A DNA stretch of 64,000 bases, from contig OZ242186.1 of the NCBI GenBank assembly GCA_965205675.1, positions 928,001-992,000 on the forward strand. The letters run 5' to 3'. A program made the position numbers and the translations under genes. This document shows positions 1-10,283 of the stretch, piece by piece. Position 1 is the first letter of the stretch. Every line of letters starts with the position of its first letter. Under the pieces are notes generated by a model. It saw nothing but the letters and a program-made list of their open reading frames with translations, ran no database searches and was not told the DNA's origin. This DNA is from Nitrosopumilus sp. (GTDB lineage: Archaea > Thermoproteota > Nitrososphaeria > Nitrososphaerales > Nitrosopumilaceae).

Positions 1-656
1 TTTGTTGCAAGAATCCGTCTATTCTGTAATCTCCTAGTGCCTTGAGTCTTCTGTTGTATGTTTCAGTGAATGTAACTCCTGGAATCCTGATTCCTTCCTG
101 TAACAATATTCCATGAACTGAATTCTTGACAGATGTTCTCCATTGGATTAGTTTTTTCCTATATCTTACAAGCTGTCTTTGTTGTACAATCTTTTTGTCT
201 GGAACATAACATGTGGCAATGTATCCTCCTCGTAAAAGATCTGCCAATATCTTGGCATCAATCTTGTCTGTTTTCTTTTTTGATGTAGCAATTGCCTTTG
301 TCAAATATGGGTTTGAGAGTGTGACGTTTTTGTATCCCAAAGTATCTGTGAGAAATCGATACGTGTCATACCAGACTGATGAGGATTCCATTACAATATT
401 TGCAGAAATTGGTATTTTTGCAAAATGCTTTTTTATGGATTCATGCGTGTTATCCACTTTGTCATTTTGTAATACTTTGCCTGCATCATCCATTTATTAC
501 TTGAAGAAACTTCTTGTGCAGGTCAATGCCCACAAACATGCCTTTCTTTGGATTTTTTCTAATCTGTTTGTTTGTAATCTTTTTTGGAGCCGAGTATTTA
601 CGAACCTTGGAACTAGATTCATTTTTTATGCTATCTGATTTCCTTGCTTTCTTATT
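1..656 (-). pseudogene. IS110-family transposase (sibling B), frameshifted near 497, running off the window
   Basis: MFVGIDLHKKFLQV motif (ORF 486..704); a shifted frame continues MDDAGKVL...ESSSVWY...KKKTDKIDAKILADLLRGGYIA, the DEDD domain. Confidence 0.85.
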
Positions 657-1991
657 CACATATCCATGTGAATCCCTTTTAACTATTGTCGGTATTTTTG
701 CCATATTAATTACAGCTTACGCTAATACACTCATACTTTCAATCACAGATGAAACCAGACACATATCCATTCGGGGTTCTCCCCCAGTACCATCTTCATC
801 CATTTATTAGGTGAAACCGCGGTTATAGTTTCGAGGTATTATGCATCCTCAATGTGAAAACGCGGCCAAACTCCTAACTGTAATGTTTTACAAATTATTG
901 ATGACATTGAATAAATTCTCTCCTCTCCTTTAACATCCAATATATGACACGCAATAACTTTGATGCAGCAGCAACTGCTGCCTTTGAGGTCCCCCTCTTT
1001 TTCTTAATGCGATTATAAAATTTTGTAATGTCGCTATCTGGTGCGTATCTAACATGTGCATGAATTGCCTCCACTAGCAACCATCTTAGCATGGTGCTTC
1101 CTCTCTTTGTAATTCTTCCGTGATGTATTGTATCTGCAGAATTTCTCACCGATGGAACAATCCCTGCATATGCACATAACTTGTGAGAATTTGAAAATCT
1201 GCTAATCTCTGCAATTTCTGAGAATATGCTCAATGCAGTGTATGGTCCAACTCCAGGTATTGATGTCAAAATACACACATCAGAATTATCATTTACCATG
1301 CGACGTATCATGGAATCTATCTTTGCAACCTCCTTTTTGTGAAATTTTATGCTTTGTAGGTACGAATCTATTCTATAACTCTCCAATTTTCCAAGTGCAC
1401 GTATGTGTTCTGAGGAAAATGGTGTTGCTTTGATATGGATTCCCTCCTGTAGTGTAATACCATGTATGGAATTCTTCATCTTTACAATGATGCGCACAAT
1501 CTTGTGTCGATGTCTTACAAGCTGTCTGTATTGCACAATTGTGTGATCTGGCACAAATGATTCTGCAATGTATCCCTCCTCGTAGCAAATTTGCAAGATG
1601 GTACGCATCAATTTTATCAGTCTTTTTGAGTGATGATGCTATTATCTTTGTGTTGTATGGATTAGATAGTATAACATCAAGATGTAATTTGTCTGTCATG
1701 TGTCTATAAAGGCCATACCAGACAGATGATGACTCTAAAACATATTTTGCGTTCTTTGGAATTTTGGATGTAATTTTGCTAATAGCAGAAAAATCACTGG
1801 AAATCTTTTTGTTAAATAATAATTTGCCAATCTCATCTACTGCTGCCACCTGTACAGAGTTCTTGTGAACATCCAATCCTACAAACATCAAATATTTTTT
1901 TTCAGGAAGGGTAGTGTGTTTGTTTGCATTTCTTACTTTCTTGATACGAATGCAAGTACCATCTAATTTCCTAGCTGATTTTGGCACATAT
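657..1991 (-). mobile_element. IS110/IS1111-type element A, copy 1 (1335 bp); transposase split by a 1-bp frameshift (ORFs 1373..1987 and 895..1611)
   Basis: VGLDVHK, KTDKIDA, SIPGVG, YAGIVPSVRNS motifs; near-identical to 25079..26413; ATATGTG at both ends. Confidence 0.93.
664..894 (-). ncRNA. Putative bridge/seek RNA region of IS110 element A, copy 1
   Basis: Reverse complement of 26176..26406; two stem-loops whose loops match target and donor junctions. Confidence 0.7.
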
Positions 1992-3725
1992 GGTTATAGT
2001 TATTCCCTTTGGCCTTCCAGGCTTGCCTAGAATCGGAATTGCACCAGTACGGCGATACCGTGAGTAGAGTTTCTGCACCCACCGAACAGATATCTTCATG
2101 GATGAGGCTACGTCTGCGTTCTTGGCACCATCCTCTTTTGACTTGATTATCCAGGGTAACTGTCTAGAGTTTTGAAGTAAAATCTCCAAGATATTCTAAA
2201 GAATAATCATGAAAGTTTAATCCTCGTAATCTGCATGTCTCCTTTATACTCATCAGTATCTTATGAGAATCAGCACCATGAATGGTTCTATGACCGTTTG
2301 TAATTTTACGAATTATCACATTTGGTCTGATTGCCCTCTCTGCTGTGTTATTGTGTGAATCAGTTCCAGTAATTAGGAATGTAAAAAGCATTTTTCTCTC
2401 ACGTTTCAATCTTTTTACAAACCTGATACAGTTTTTCTCTGTGTATTTTTTTGATATGATGTGATTAATTCTCCTTTCAAGATTCTTTTTTGCATGGATT
2501 CTTTCTGATTCTGATTTTATTTTTGCCACACCATGAGAGTCATAAATTATTTTCTTGAGATTCTTGGCAAATGGTGCAAATTCTGGTCCGGGATTCTTGT
2601 GATTAATGGTATCATTAACCTCTCTGAGATAATGGATGTGACATTTCTGGTGAGTGCTTCCAACATGGTTCCATGCAGGGTACGAATCACTTGTAATGTT
2701 GCCATCATATCCCTTGAGAATTCTCTTGGGAACATCCATTGAACGTGATTTGTCAATCTCGTAAATTACAGTCCATTTACTCACAAATGCCCACAACCAG
2801 TGGTTCTGGCCATCTACCCTCCAACTTGTCTCATCACCATGTATGTTTAGATCTTCTTTTAACTCCACAATCATTGTATCATATCTGCTCCCAAATGCTT
2901 TTGATACTATTGATACTGCATGATTAATTGCAGATTCTGTAATGTGCAGTGAGAAGAGCATCTGCAAAAGATGAGATATTTTACCATACGATAATCCGAT
3001 AGTTTTTAGTGATGTGATTAGCACCATGAGCCTAATTCCAAACCTTTCATTTGACAGTACAGTGTGAATGTTACCCGAGATTTGTTTTTTGCAGTTTGTG
3101 CAGTATCGTCTAACTATCGTATATTTTGTCACAACTGCTTTTGCAGGAATGATGTCTTCTACTATTCTGGTGTATGAATCAGTTGGTTCTGAGAGTGATT
3201 TGCCACATGTGTTGCACTCTTTTTGGTCAACTGTAATGGCATCATCAATGTGTGCCCGTCTGCTTCTGCTTTTTCTAGGATGTCTTGATGTTTTCTTCTT
3301 TTTTGCAGTTTCAGTCTTGTTTGGTTTTGCTTTGATATTTCTTGCAACAAGTGTAGACACTGTTTGTTTTAGTTCTGCAATTTCTCTGTGTAACTGACGG
3401 TTTTCTTGCTCCAACGAGTGACATCTGTTGCGATAATATTCCAGCTCATCATATACTGACAATTGTATATTGTAATTTGTCACTGATCAGAAAAGATATA
3501 GATAAAAAATATTAAAGAAAGTACTTCAAAACTCTAGACAGTTACTATCCAGGATATCTGGATTGGATCTAACTTTTGCATAATCTTGTGATTCTTTCCT
3601 CTTTTCCAAACGTATCTTGACTTTAGTCTGGAAATGATGGGGTGAACTAATTTGAGGATAATAGAGTCTTCGAACTTTGTTTCCCAATTCTGCTTAACAC
3701 TTTCATTCTCAAAACAAATCAAACA
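1992..3725 (-). pseudogene. IS481-like element 5' part (HTH), interrupted by IS66 and cut by IS110
   Basis: Reconstructed MQKLDPIQISWIIKSKEDGAKNADVASSMKISVRWVQKLYSRYRRTGAIPILGKPGRPK; begins TGT at 3725. Confidence 0.55.
2156..3545 (-). mobile_element. IS66-like single-ORF element, copy 1 (transposase 2164..3483)
   Basis: TIR GTAACTGTCTAGAGTTTTGAAGTA; 8-bp TSD TATCCAGG; DET/SDSY/HQKCHIH/NNTAERAIR motifs. Confidence 0.93.
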
Positions 3726-3726
3726 T

Positions 3727-4180
3727 CTAATTCTGATTCATCTCCTGTGCTAATGCATCATCAATCATCAAATTGTAAATCATGACCTTGAATTTTATCT
3801 CCCTTATCACGTTACACCAAACTCTGGCTGAAATATTCTCTCCAAGAACTCTCTTGAATGTGGAAATTGCAATCTCTGCAGACCAGCGTCTTCCATAACC
3901 AACTCTAATTTTCCATTTGTTTCTATTCTGTATCTTTTGCTCATTTGTTAAATGATTAAACATTTTCACATTTTTACGATTCATTTTACAATTGCCAAGC
4001 TGCATGAAACCTTGCTTCTTTCTTGCAGTGCTTTTATTTGCCTTACCTGAGAAATTCTTTCTTATTGGAATAATTGGAATTGCATTTCTCTTTTCACATT
4101 CATCAAAATTGTCTTTGGAATCATATGCACCATCGGCTAGAACCTTGATTACATTTCCTTTCTGTGATGCTTATGCTGGC
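3727..4180 (-). pseudogene. IS5-family transposase C-terminal fragment fused to the 3' end of cofC
   Basis: VLADGAYDS...GYGRRWSAEIAISTFKR motifs; homologous to 7599..8465. Confidence 0.8.
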
Positions 4181-4811
4181 CGTTTAGTATTTCTTTAATT
4201 TTCTCTGAAATCTCTGGCTTTTCATTTTGTTCTAGTAAAAATTTCAAGTCTTTTGCATTATCTACATCCCACATTATTCGTTTGACAAACACCATTGCAA
4301 CATTTAGGGTCTTTTCTTTTGCAGTGTTCATGTGAATCTTATAGCTATCCTCGTCATAGTGGGTCTCCATCAAATCAATTGGCATTCTAACTAGTGCATT
4401 AGTCCCATCAAATCTTCTAGATGGAACAATGATTGCAAAATTTGGGTGTGTCTTGTAGTTTAGCATAAAGTCAATATCTTGAGTTTTGATAAATGGTATG
4501 TCTTGTGGAAATACAATTGATGCATCAAAGCTCTTCCCTAAAAGATACTCATCAGCTAATGCCACTGCATTATTGACACTTTCTTCTTTTTCATCAATGA
4601 TGGTGACTGTATCGAATTTCTTTCCAATCTTTATTGCTTTTTCTTCTTTTGTAACCATTATTGTTTTTTCAATTTGAGGTGAAATAGATAATGTATGTAA
4701 AATCTCCTCTAACATAACAATGCATAAATCTTCAACTTGTTGTGGCGATAAACCTAGGCGTGTTTTTGCTTTAGAGAAAGTCTTTACAGGAATTATTGCT
4801 GCTATTTTCAA
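4149..4811 (-). CDS. cofC: 2-phospho-L-lactate guanylyltransferase (F420 biosynthesis)
   Basis: IIPVK..AKTRL, DGTNAL, WDVD motifs; adjacent to cofD; last ~10 aa probably come from the IS fragment. Confidence 0.9.
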   Translation of the reverse strand: MKIAAIIPVKTFSKAKTRLGLSPQQVEDLCIVMLEEILHTLSISPQIEKTIMVTKEEKAIKIGKKFDTVTIIDEKEESVNNAVALADEYLLGKSFDASIVFPQDIPFIKTQDIDFMLNYKTHPNFAIIVPSRRFDGTNALVRMPIDLMETHYDEDSYKIHMNTAKEKTLNVAMVFVKRIMWDVDNAKDLKFLLEQNEKPEISEKIKEILNGQHKHHRKEM

Positions 4812-4812
4812 A

Positions 4813-5733
4813 TTATACGTGTACTTGTTTTAAAATGAAATTTGCTAATGCATCTTCTGCTAGTTTATTTTTCATAGTAATTTTTGTCTCAAACACTTTC
4901 ATGTCCAAACTCTGAATTTTCTTTGATAGCATTTTGTCTTTGGTATCTATAATGATGTTTGAGCATACATCTGAATACATTTTTGCTAATCCATATGCGT
5001 TTGATTCTATTCCTGCTGCTTGCATGTATTTTGCAGCAGGACCGCTAATTGCATTGTCTCCAATTAATGGACTGATTGCAACTACTTTCTTTTTTATTTT
5101 TGATAGTTCTTTTCTAATTCCTTTTATCTGAAGCATTGGACCAATTGATGTTAGTGGATTTCCCGGTGCTAAAATTATCATGTCTGCATCATGAATTGCA
5201 TTTATTGCTTCTGGATTTGGACGAGCTTTGTCTGCTCCGATATATTGAATTCCTTCTACGGGGTCTTTTCCTCTATGTTTAACCCAATATTCTTGCAAAT
5301 GCAATTCTCCTTTCTCTGTAGTAATTCTAGTTTCTATACTGTTATCTGTAACTGGAATGATATTTGCACTAACTGCAAATTTTTCACACATCCATTTTGT
5401 AATGTCACTTAGATTTTTTCCATTCTTTAACATGTTAGTTCTAATCAAATGAGTGGCCGCATCTCTGTCTCCCACTCTGAACCATGTCTCCTCCCCAAAA
5501 ACTTCCATTTGACGTAAAAAGTTGAATGTGTCTTTTTTCATCCCCCATCCCCTTTCTTGATCAAGCAAATCTGCTAATCCGTATACTATGGTATCAATGT
5601 CTGGACATACGTACAATCCGTATAACCAATAGTTATCTCCAACATTACTAATCACGTTGACTTTGGATTCTTGAACAACTAGTCCTCGAACCAGTTTAAC
5701 TGACCCTGTTCCTCCTGCTAAGACTGTAATCAT
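4813..5733 (-). CDS. cofD: 2-phospho-L-lactate transferase
   Basis: LAGGTGSVK, NVGD, CPDIDT, GDRDAATH, NPLTSIGP motifs. Confidence 0.95.
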   Translation of the reverse strand: MITVLAGGTGSVKLVRGLVVQESKVNVISNVGDNYWLYGLYVCPDIDTIVYGLADLLDQERGWGMKKDTFNFLRQMEVFGEETWFRVGDRDAATHLIRTNMLKNGKNLSDITKWMCEKFAVSANIIPVTDNSIETRITTEKGELHLQEYWVKHRGKDPVEGIQYIGADKARPNPEAINAIHDADMIILAPGNPLTSIGPMLQIKGIRKELSKIKKKVVAISPLIGDNAISGPAAKYMQAAGIESNAYGLAKMYSDVCSNIIIDTKDKMLSKKIQSLDMKVFETKITMKNKLAEDALANFILKQVHV

Positions 5734-5849
5734 ACCATATTCCTCTAAAACTGAATATTGTTGTATCTTTACTTAATATTACTTTTTCAAACACTGCCGA
5801 TCTAGGTAATTGGGATAAGTTTATTAGCACAATTTCATGGATTTTACTC

Positions 5850-7217
5850 GTGTCTCGGGCTGTAATATTGTCTGTTTTGCTATCTGCTTTTATCATTGTT
5901 GGTATTGTTACTCCTGTTTGGGCCGCCCAATTAGATGCTAGGATTAATCCTAACGATGAACTATCTCCATTTAAAATAAATTATCAAAAAACTATCTTCA
6001 TTGAATATCCAAACGGTGGAAATCTCTTTGATGAATTACAAGGAAAAGAGTGGACTATATCTGGAATTGCTGATTCTTCCGATCCTGGTGTGCAGATTCT
6101 GATGGAAGAATTGAATCGTGGCATTGCAAATGATGGAAGTCAAGCTCAAATTGATGACTTGGTTGTAACTTATGATTTTCATCTCAAAGCAAGAAACATC
6201 CAAACTTCAATTGATTATCGTGTAGTTCTAGAAGGTACTCTAGGTGATTATGTAATTACAGATGATGGTCAAAGAATTTTAGTTGACTTAGGTTGGAGAG
6301 GAATGACTACTGATAAAGAAATTACAATTGATGGTGTTGAAATTAATATCCCAATCAACCTTTTACGAGATCAAGAACCTGAAGTTTATACTTATTTTGC
6401 TAACACTGAAGCCGAAGAAGTTTTAGGCAAACATCTTATCAATGCTGATTTTATTTTAGAACAACCATTAACTAACTGGCACTTTTTATTTGATCCAACT
6501 GGCATCAATGTAGATGCTGGAACATTTGGATTAGATGATACGATTGCAGGATTTGTTGTATCTTCATGGACTATGGGTGAAAGTAGTATTAGAGAAGGAA
6601 GACAAGTCGAAAGAGTTTTTGAAGCTGTCGTTATTTCTGATCAAACTTACACTGTAAGAAGTATTCAATCCTCAGACCAAGCAAATCTGTCTGCAATAGG
6701 ATTTGGCGCTTTGGATGTTTTAGATGGTGTCGAAATTATCGGTGTTACTCCAACTCCTTCTGAAGATTATATGACTACGTCAACTGGTGACTTTCCAGTT
6801 TTCATTGTTTATGGTATGGCTGGAATTGCAGCAGTTGCCGGTATTGCATTTTTCTTTATCAGTAGCAGATCTCTTAAAAATGAAAGACAAGGTCAGCAAG
6901 GAATTGATCCAAATAGGCTGGTAGGATACGAAACTAGTGATTCCTCTGGAGGTTACAAGACCAACAGAGGGGAAGCTCAACTAAAAGATGATGCAGATTA
7001 TCAACAAACTCGTAGTCATTATGATAATTCTTCACAACAGAACTCCCCTCCCCCTCAAATAGATTCTTCGTCTGAAGAAGAAGCTGCATGTGGGTGTGCC
7101 GCATCTGTTGAAATGGGTTCTGAATGTGATTGTGTCATGCAAGGTGCATGTCTTTGTGATGGAACTTGTAAATGTGGTGCAGATATCTGTAAAGAGTACG
7201 TCAGTTCAATGAACTAG
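5850..7217 (+). CDS. Signal-peptide, single-TM membrane protein with Cys-rich C-terminal tail
   Basis: Hydrophobic N-terminus, TM near aa 315-337, tail CGC...CDC...CLC..CKC...C. Confidence 0.8.
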   Translation: MSRAVILSVLLSAFIIVGIVTPVWAAQLDARINPNDELSPFKINYQKTIFIEYPNGGNLFDELQGKEWTISGIADSSDPGVQILMEELNRGIANDGSQAQIDDLVVTYDFHLKARNIQTSIDYRVVLEGTLGDYVITDDGQRILVDLGWRGMTTDKEITIDGVEINIPINLLRDQEPEVYTYFANTEAEEVLGKHLINADFILEQPLTNWHFLFDPTGINVDAGTFGLDDTIAGFVVSSWTMGESSIREGRQVERVFEAVVISDQTYTVRSIQSSDQANLSAIGFGALDVLDGVEIIGVTPTPSEDYMTTSTGDFPVFIVYGMAGIAAVAGIAFFFISSRSLKNERQGQQGIDPNRLVGYETSDSSGGYKTNRGEAQLKDDADYQQTRSHYDNSSQQNSPPPQIDSSSEEEAACGCAASVEMGSECDCVMQGACLCDGTCKCGADICKEYVSSMN

Positions 7218-7249
7218 TCTTTCATTCTTATTATTTTCTACACAAGACA

Positions 7250-8716
7250 TATGCGACTTGAAAGATACTTGTTTTGATGAGACAAAATATTCCATACATG
7301 GTAAAACGAGATGGATTTCCACCTTGGGGAGTACATGAGGATTTATGTCACATTACAGTTAAAAAAAAGTAGAGGTACAAATGCATTGCAAAAACGTTTC
7401 CCATCATTTGCAAGAGTTACAGTATGTGTGATGGATAAACACCATGTGGAATATTTGATGCAAGACCGAGATGATGCATAAGTCCATATATTGTGTGAGA
7501 CAAGACATACATTTAAAAAACTAGAAACAGACAATGCTTTGTTTCCCAACCCCAAATAACCATCAACACTCTTTGATGCTTTGAAATCATTTCTGATTCT
7601 ATTGCATTGCAATCATTTTATTGTACAGACAAACTTTCATTTTCAATTCATGAATCATGTTTTCTCTCTTGTGCGATGTCACATGCTCTCCAAACATTCT
7701 TTTGAATACAGAGAATACTCCCTCTACAATCCATCTATCCCCATAGCTTACGCTGAGCTTCCATAGATCCAAGTTATACAATTGTGCCAAAACAGACTTT
7801 CTCCGAGGATAACAATCAGTTACAACTGATGAGTTTTTTCTTGTTTTAATTGCAGGTAGAATATCATTATCATAATACAGATATGAAAAATTATCCTTTG
7901 TATCATATGCACCATCAGCCAAAGTTTTAGTGACATTGCCAAACTGTTTTGATTGCTCAACTAGCGATATGAAATGTTTTGAATCATGTGACTTGTCATC
8001 TGTAATATCAATCCCTGTGATCTGTTTAGATTTCACATCTACTGCCACATGAATTTTAAGAAATCCTCTTCTCTTCTGCCATTTCTGTCTCATCCACTCA
8101 CCTCTGTCTGCAACCTTGATTCCAGTTGAGTCTATTGCAATGACAATGTCTTTTCCTAGTTTTGGATTCATCTTGATGTCAAGTTTGTTGACACGTTTCC
8201 AAATGGCAGAATATGTGGGAGTCTTTGTTTTGGATTGGAGGTGTGATTTTATCAGACCTTCTGTTTGTCTGAATGGAAGATGCAAATAGAGATGACAGTA
8301 TCCTAGCGCCTCCATGAATGATTCGGGATAGACAAATCGATGACCTTCCTTTTTGTGATTCATCTCTTTTAGTTCCATACTCCATGATTCCATTGCGTCA
8401 AAGGACAACATGATTTCTCCACGTCTAACTAGTGTTTTGTTGTAATTTTTCCAGTTTCTGTTCATGGAATAATACAGAATATTCTGATCTAAAGCTTGGG
8501 TGATGAAATTAATTGGATCAACTAGTCATGTTGGGAAACACAGCAACAGACAATTCAGAATCATTGTATTGTTCCTTGCAGAAATTATTTTGCAACATAA
8601 AAGATGCGCATGTAAATCAGTTGAACGAAGATGACGGTGCTACAATAAATCCATCTGAGAGGACTGCCTCTGAGCATCCAAACAAAAAAATTAAAAAAAG
8701 TTTTGTGTTACACTAA
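7250..8716 (+). pseudogene. Degenerate IS66-like transposase remnant interrupted by IS5
   Basis: FDETKYSIHGK...KSRG...HILCE remnants with stops; continues after the IS5 TSD. Confidence 0.45.
7536..8544 (-). mobile_element. IS5-family element (transposase 7599..8465)
   Basis: IDSTG, LADGAYD, RWIVEGVFS motifs; TIR GCT(T/G)TGTTTCCCAAC; flanking direct repeat AACAGACAAT. Confidence 0.9.
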
Positions 8717-8990
8717 ACAACGCAAAAGACGATCTGTTTACGTTTTTGTTGTATGACAACATAGAACCTGCAAACAACAGGCAGAGCTGAACCCTGCATT
8801 ACGAGAATTTGTCATTTACACGAAGATTAGAGTATGTGTTAGAATTAGAAAGAAATGGACATGTCTGGAAATCTGATGAGTTACGTCATGACTGAAAATA
8901 TGCAAAGATGCAAATCTTTTGCATGAGATTGTAAAGTATGTGTTAGTTGGGACATAAGCACACACGTTTTTTGTATGTATTTTAAAAATA

Positions 8991-9273
8991 ATGTGTGCTG
9001 GGAGTAACCCTCCTTCTGTTTTCACGATATTTCGCTTTGCAGCCTACCTGAACCTAGTACAAGAACTTTGAGTTCTGTTTGGCTTTGCTCCATGTGGGTC
9101 GTCTTTTTCATTCCTTTTATGGAAACCTCAGGTTTTGCCATCACTGTGCGCCATATTGGATTTTTTTCTGTTACGTTGCCAACCATCTCTGGTTATCTAT
9201 CTCCAGATCACATTTCTTGTATGGAGGGAGGAGTTTCCTCTGCCGTAGCAGCGTGTCGTGCTCCAGCTCACAT
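8991..9273 (-). ncRNA. rnpB: RNase P RNA
   Basis: Minus strand has GAGGAAACTCC near the 5' end and AAACAGAAGGAGGGTTACT near the 3' end (P4 signature); termini pair TGTGAGCTGGAG / CTCCCAGCACACA (P1). Confidence 0.9.
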
Positions 9274-9304
9274 AAAGAATATACAAAGTTATAGAATTTA
9301 TGTA

Positions 9305-9934
9305 TTATTTCGTAGGTTTTGTGCCTGTGATAAATAGTGTTCCATATTCATGTTTCCACTTTTTCTTGCTTTTCAAATCTTTGAGATGTTCTGTTTTGAC
9401 CTCAAAGCCTGTCTCTTTGAAGAATTTCCTCCATTCTTTTTTTGAATGCAAATGCATCTGAATTTTCATAATTTTTGCCCATCTTGTTGTTGCCTTGTTG
9501 TCTGTGTAAAAATCAGTTCCACAAAAAAATTGTCCTCTAGGTTTTAACAATTTGTATATTTTTTCAAGTGCAATTTCAATAGAATCTGCATAGTATATAG
9601 ACTCCATGGAAAAAACAAAATCAAATTTTCCTTTGTACCTCATTGATTCAATATCTGTATGAATAAATTCTTCTTTCTTATTTTTTGCCTTTTTTTTAGA
9701 TTGAATGATCATCTTTTTACTTTTATCAATTCCTATGGCTTTTTTACAATTTTTCTCCGCGGCTATTCTTCTAATTACCCATCCATTCCCACATCCAACG
9801 TCTAAAAATGTAAATGGCTTGTTAAATGATATGGATTTTAAAAATCTCAAAACATTTGTTCCGTGTTCTATTTCCATTAATTCTGCTTTTCCGTTTTGAG
9901 CCCACTTGTCAAAAGTTTTTCTTACTTTGTCCAT
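9305..9934 (-). CDS. Class I SAM-dependent methyltransferase
   Basis: FLDVGCGNG, GIDKS, FDFVFS motifs. Confidence 0.9.
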   Translation of the reverse strand: MDKVRKTFDKWAQNGKAELMEIEHGTNVLRFLKSISFNKPFTFLDVGCGNGWVIRRIAAEKNCKKAIGIDKSKKMIIQSKKKAKNKKEEFIHTDIESMRYKGKFDFVFSMESIYYADSIEIALEKIYKLLKPRGQFFCGTDFYTDNKATTRWAKIMKIQMHLHSKKEWRKFFKETGFEVKTEHLKDLKSKKKWKHEYGTLFITGTKPTK

Positions 9935-10283
9935 TTTCTTGTTTTTTATCTCTACGGTAACTGTAAATAATTCTAACTAAGATAAAGGCAACATTGAGGA
10001 TATGTGAGTATCGTACGAATCCATGTCTGCCATTCTTTGTTTGGACCATGCCATGAAAACAAAAGAGTTACTCTGCCTGAGTATTGGCGTATGATTGTTA
10101 CAGAATATGTTTGATTTCTGCTCTAGTTTTGTTGATGATTTCTAGGGCGTGCCGATTTTGGAGAAAATTTACATGTACTGAGTTAACAGCAATATTAAGA
10201 GATCTCAAAGTTAGCCGTTTCAAAATATCCTCATATCATAACTGCTTAAGTTTTAAGTATAACGTATATCGTTTTGTATCGTT

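Noticed and set aside
514-810. Hydrophobic ORF 514..810 and its counterpart 26260..26520 as membrane proteins
   Set aside because: Antisense to the Lys-rich IS110 N-terminus and RNA region; hydrophobicity comes from the A-rich opposite strand
2533-3397. Short ORFs repeated inside IS66, ISH3 and IS630 copies
   Set aside because: Shadow frames, conserved only because the elements are near-identical
9068-9337. ORFs 9068..9337, 9079..9294 and 8816..9025
   Set aside because: They overlap or lie antisense to the RNase P RNA and show no protein motifs
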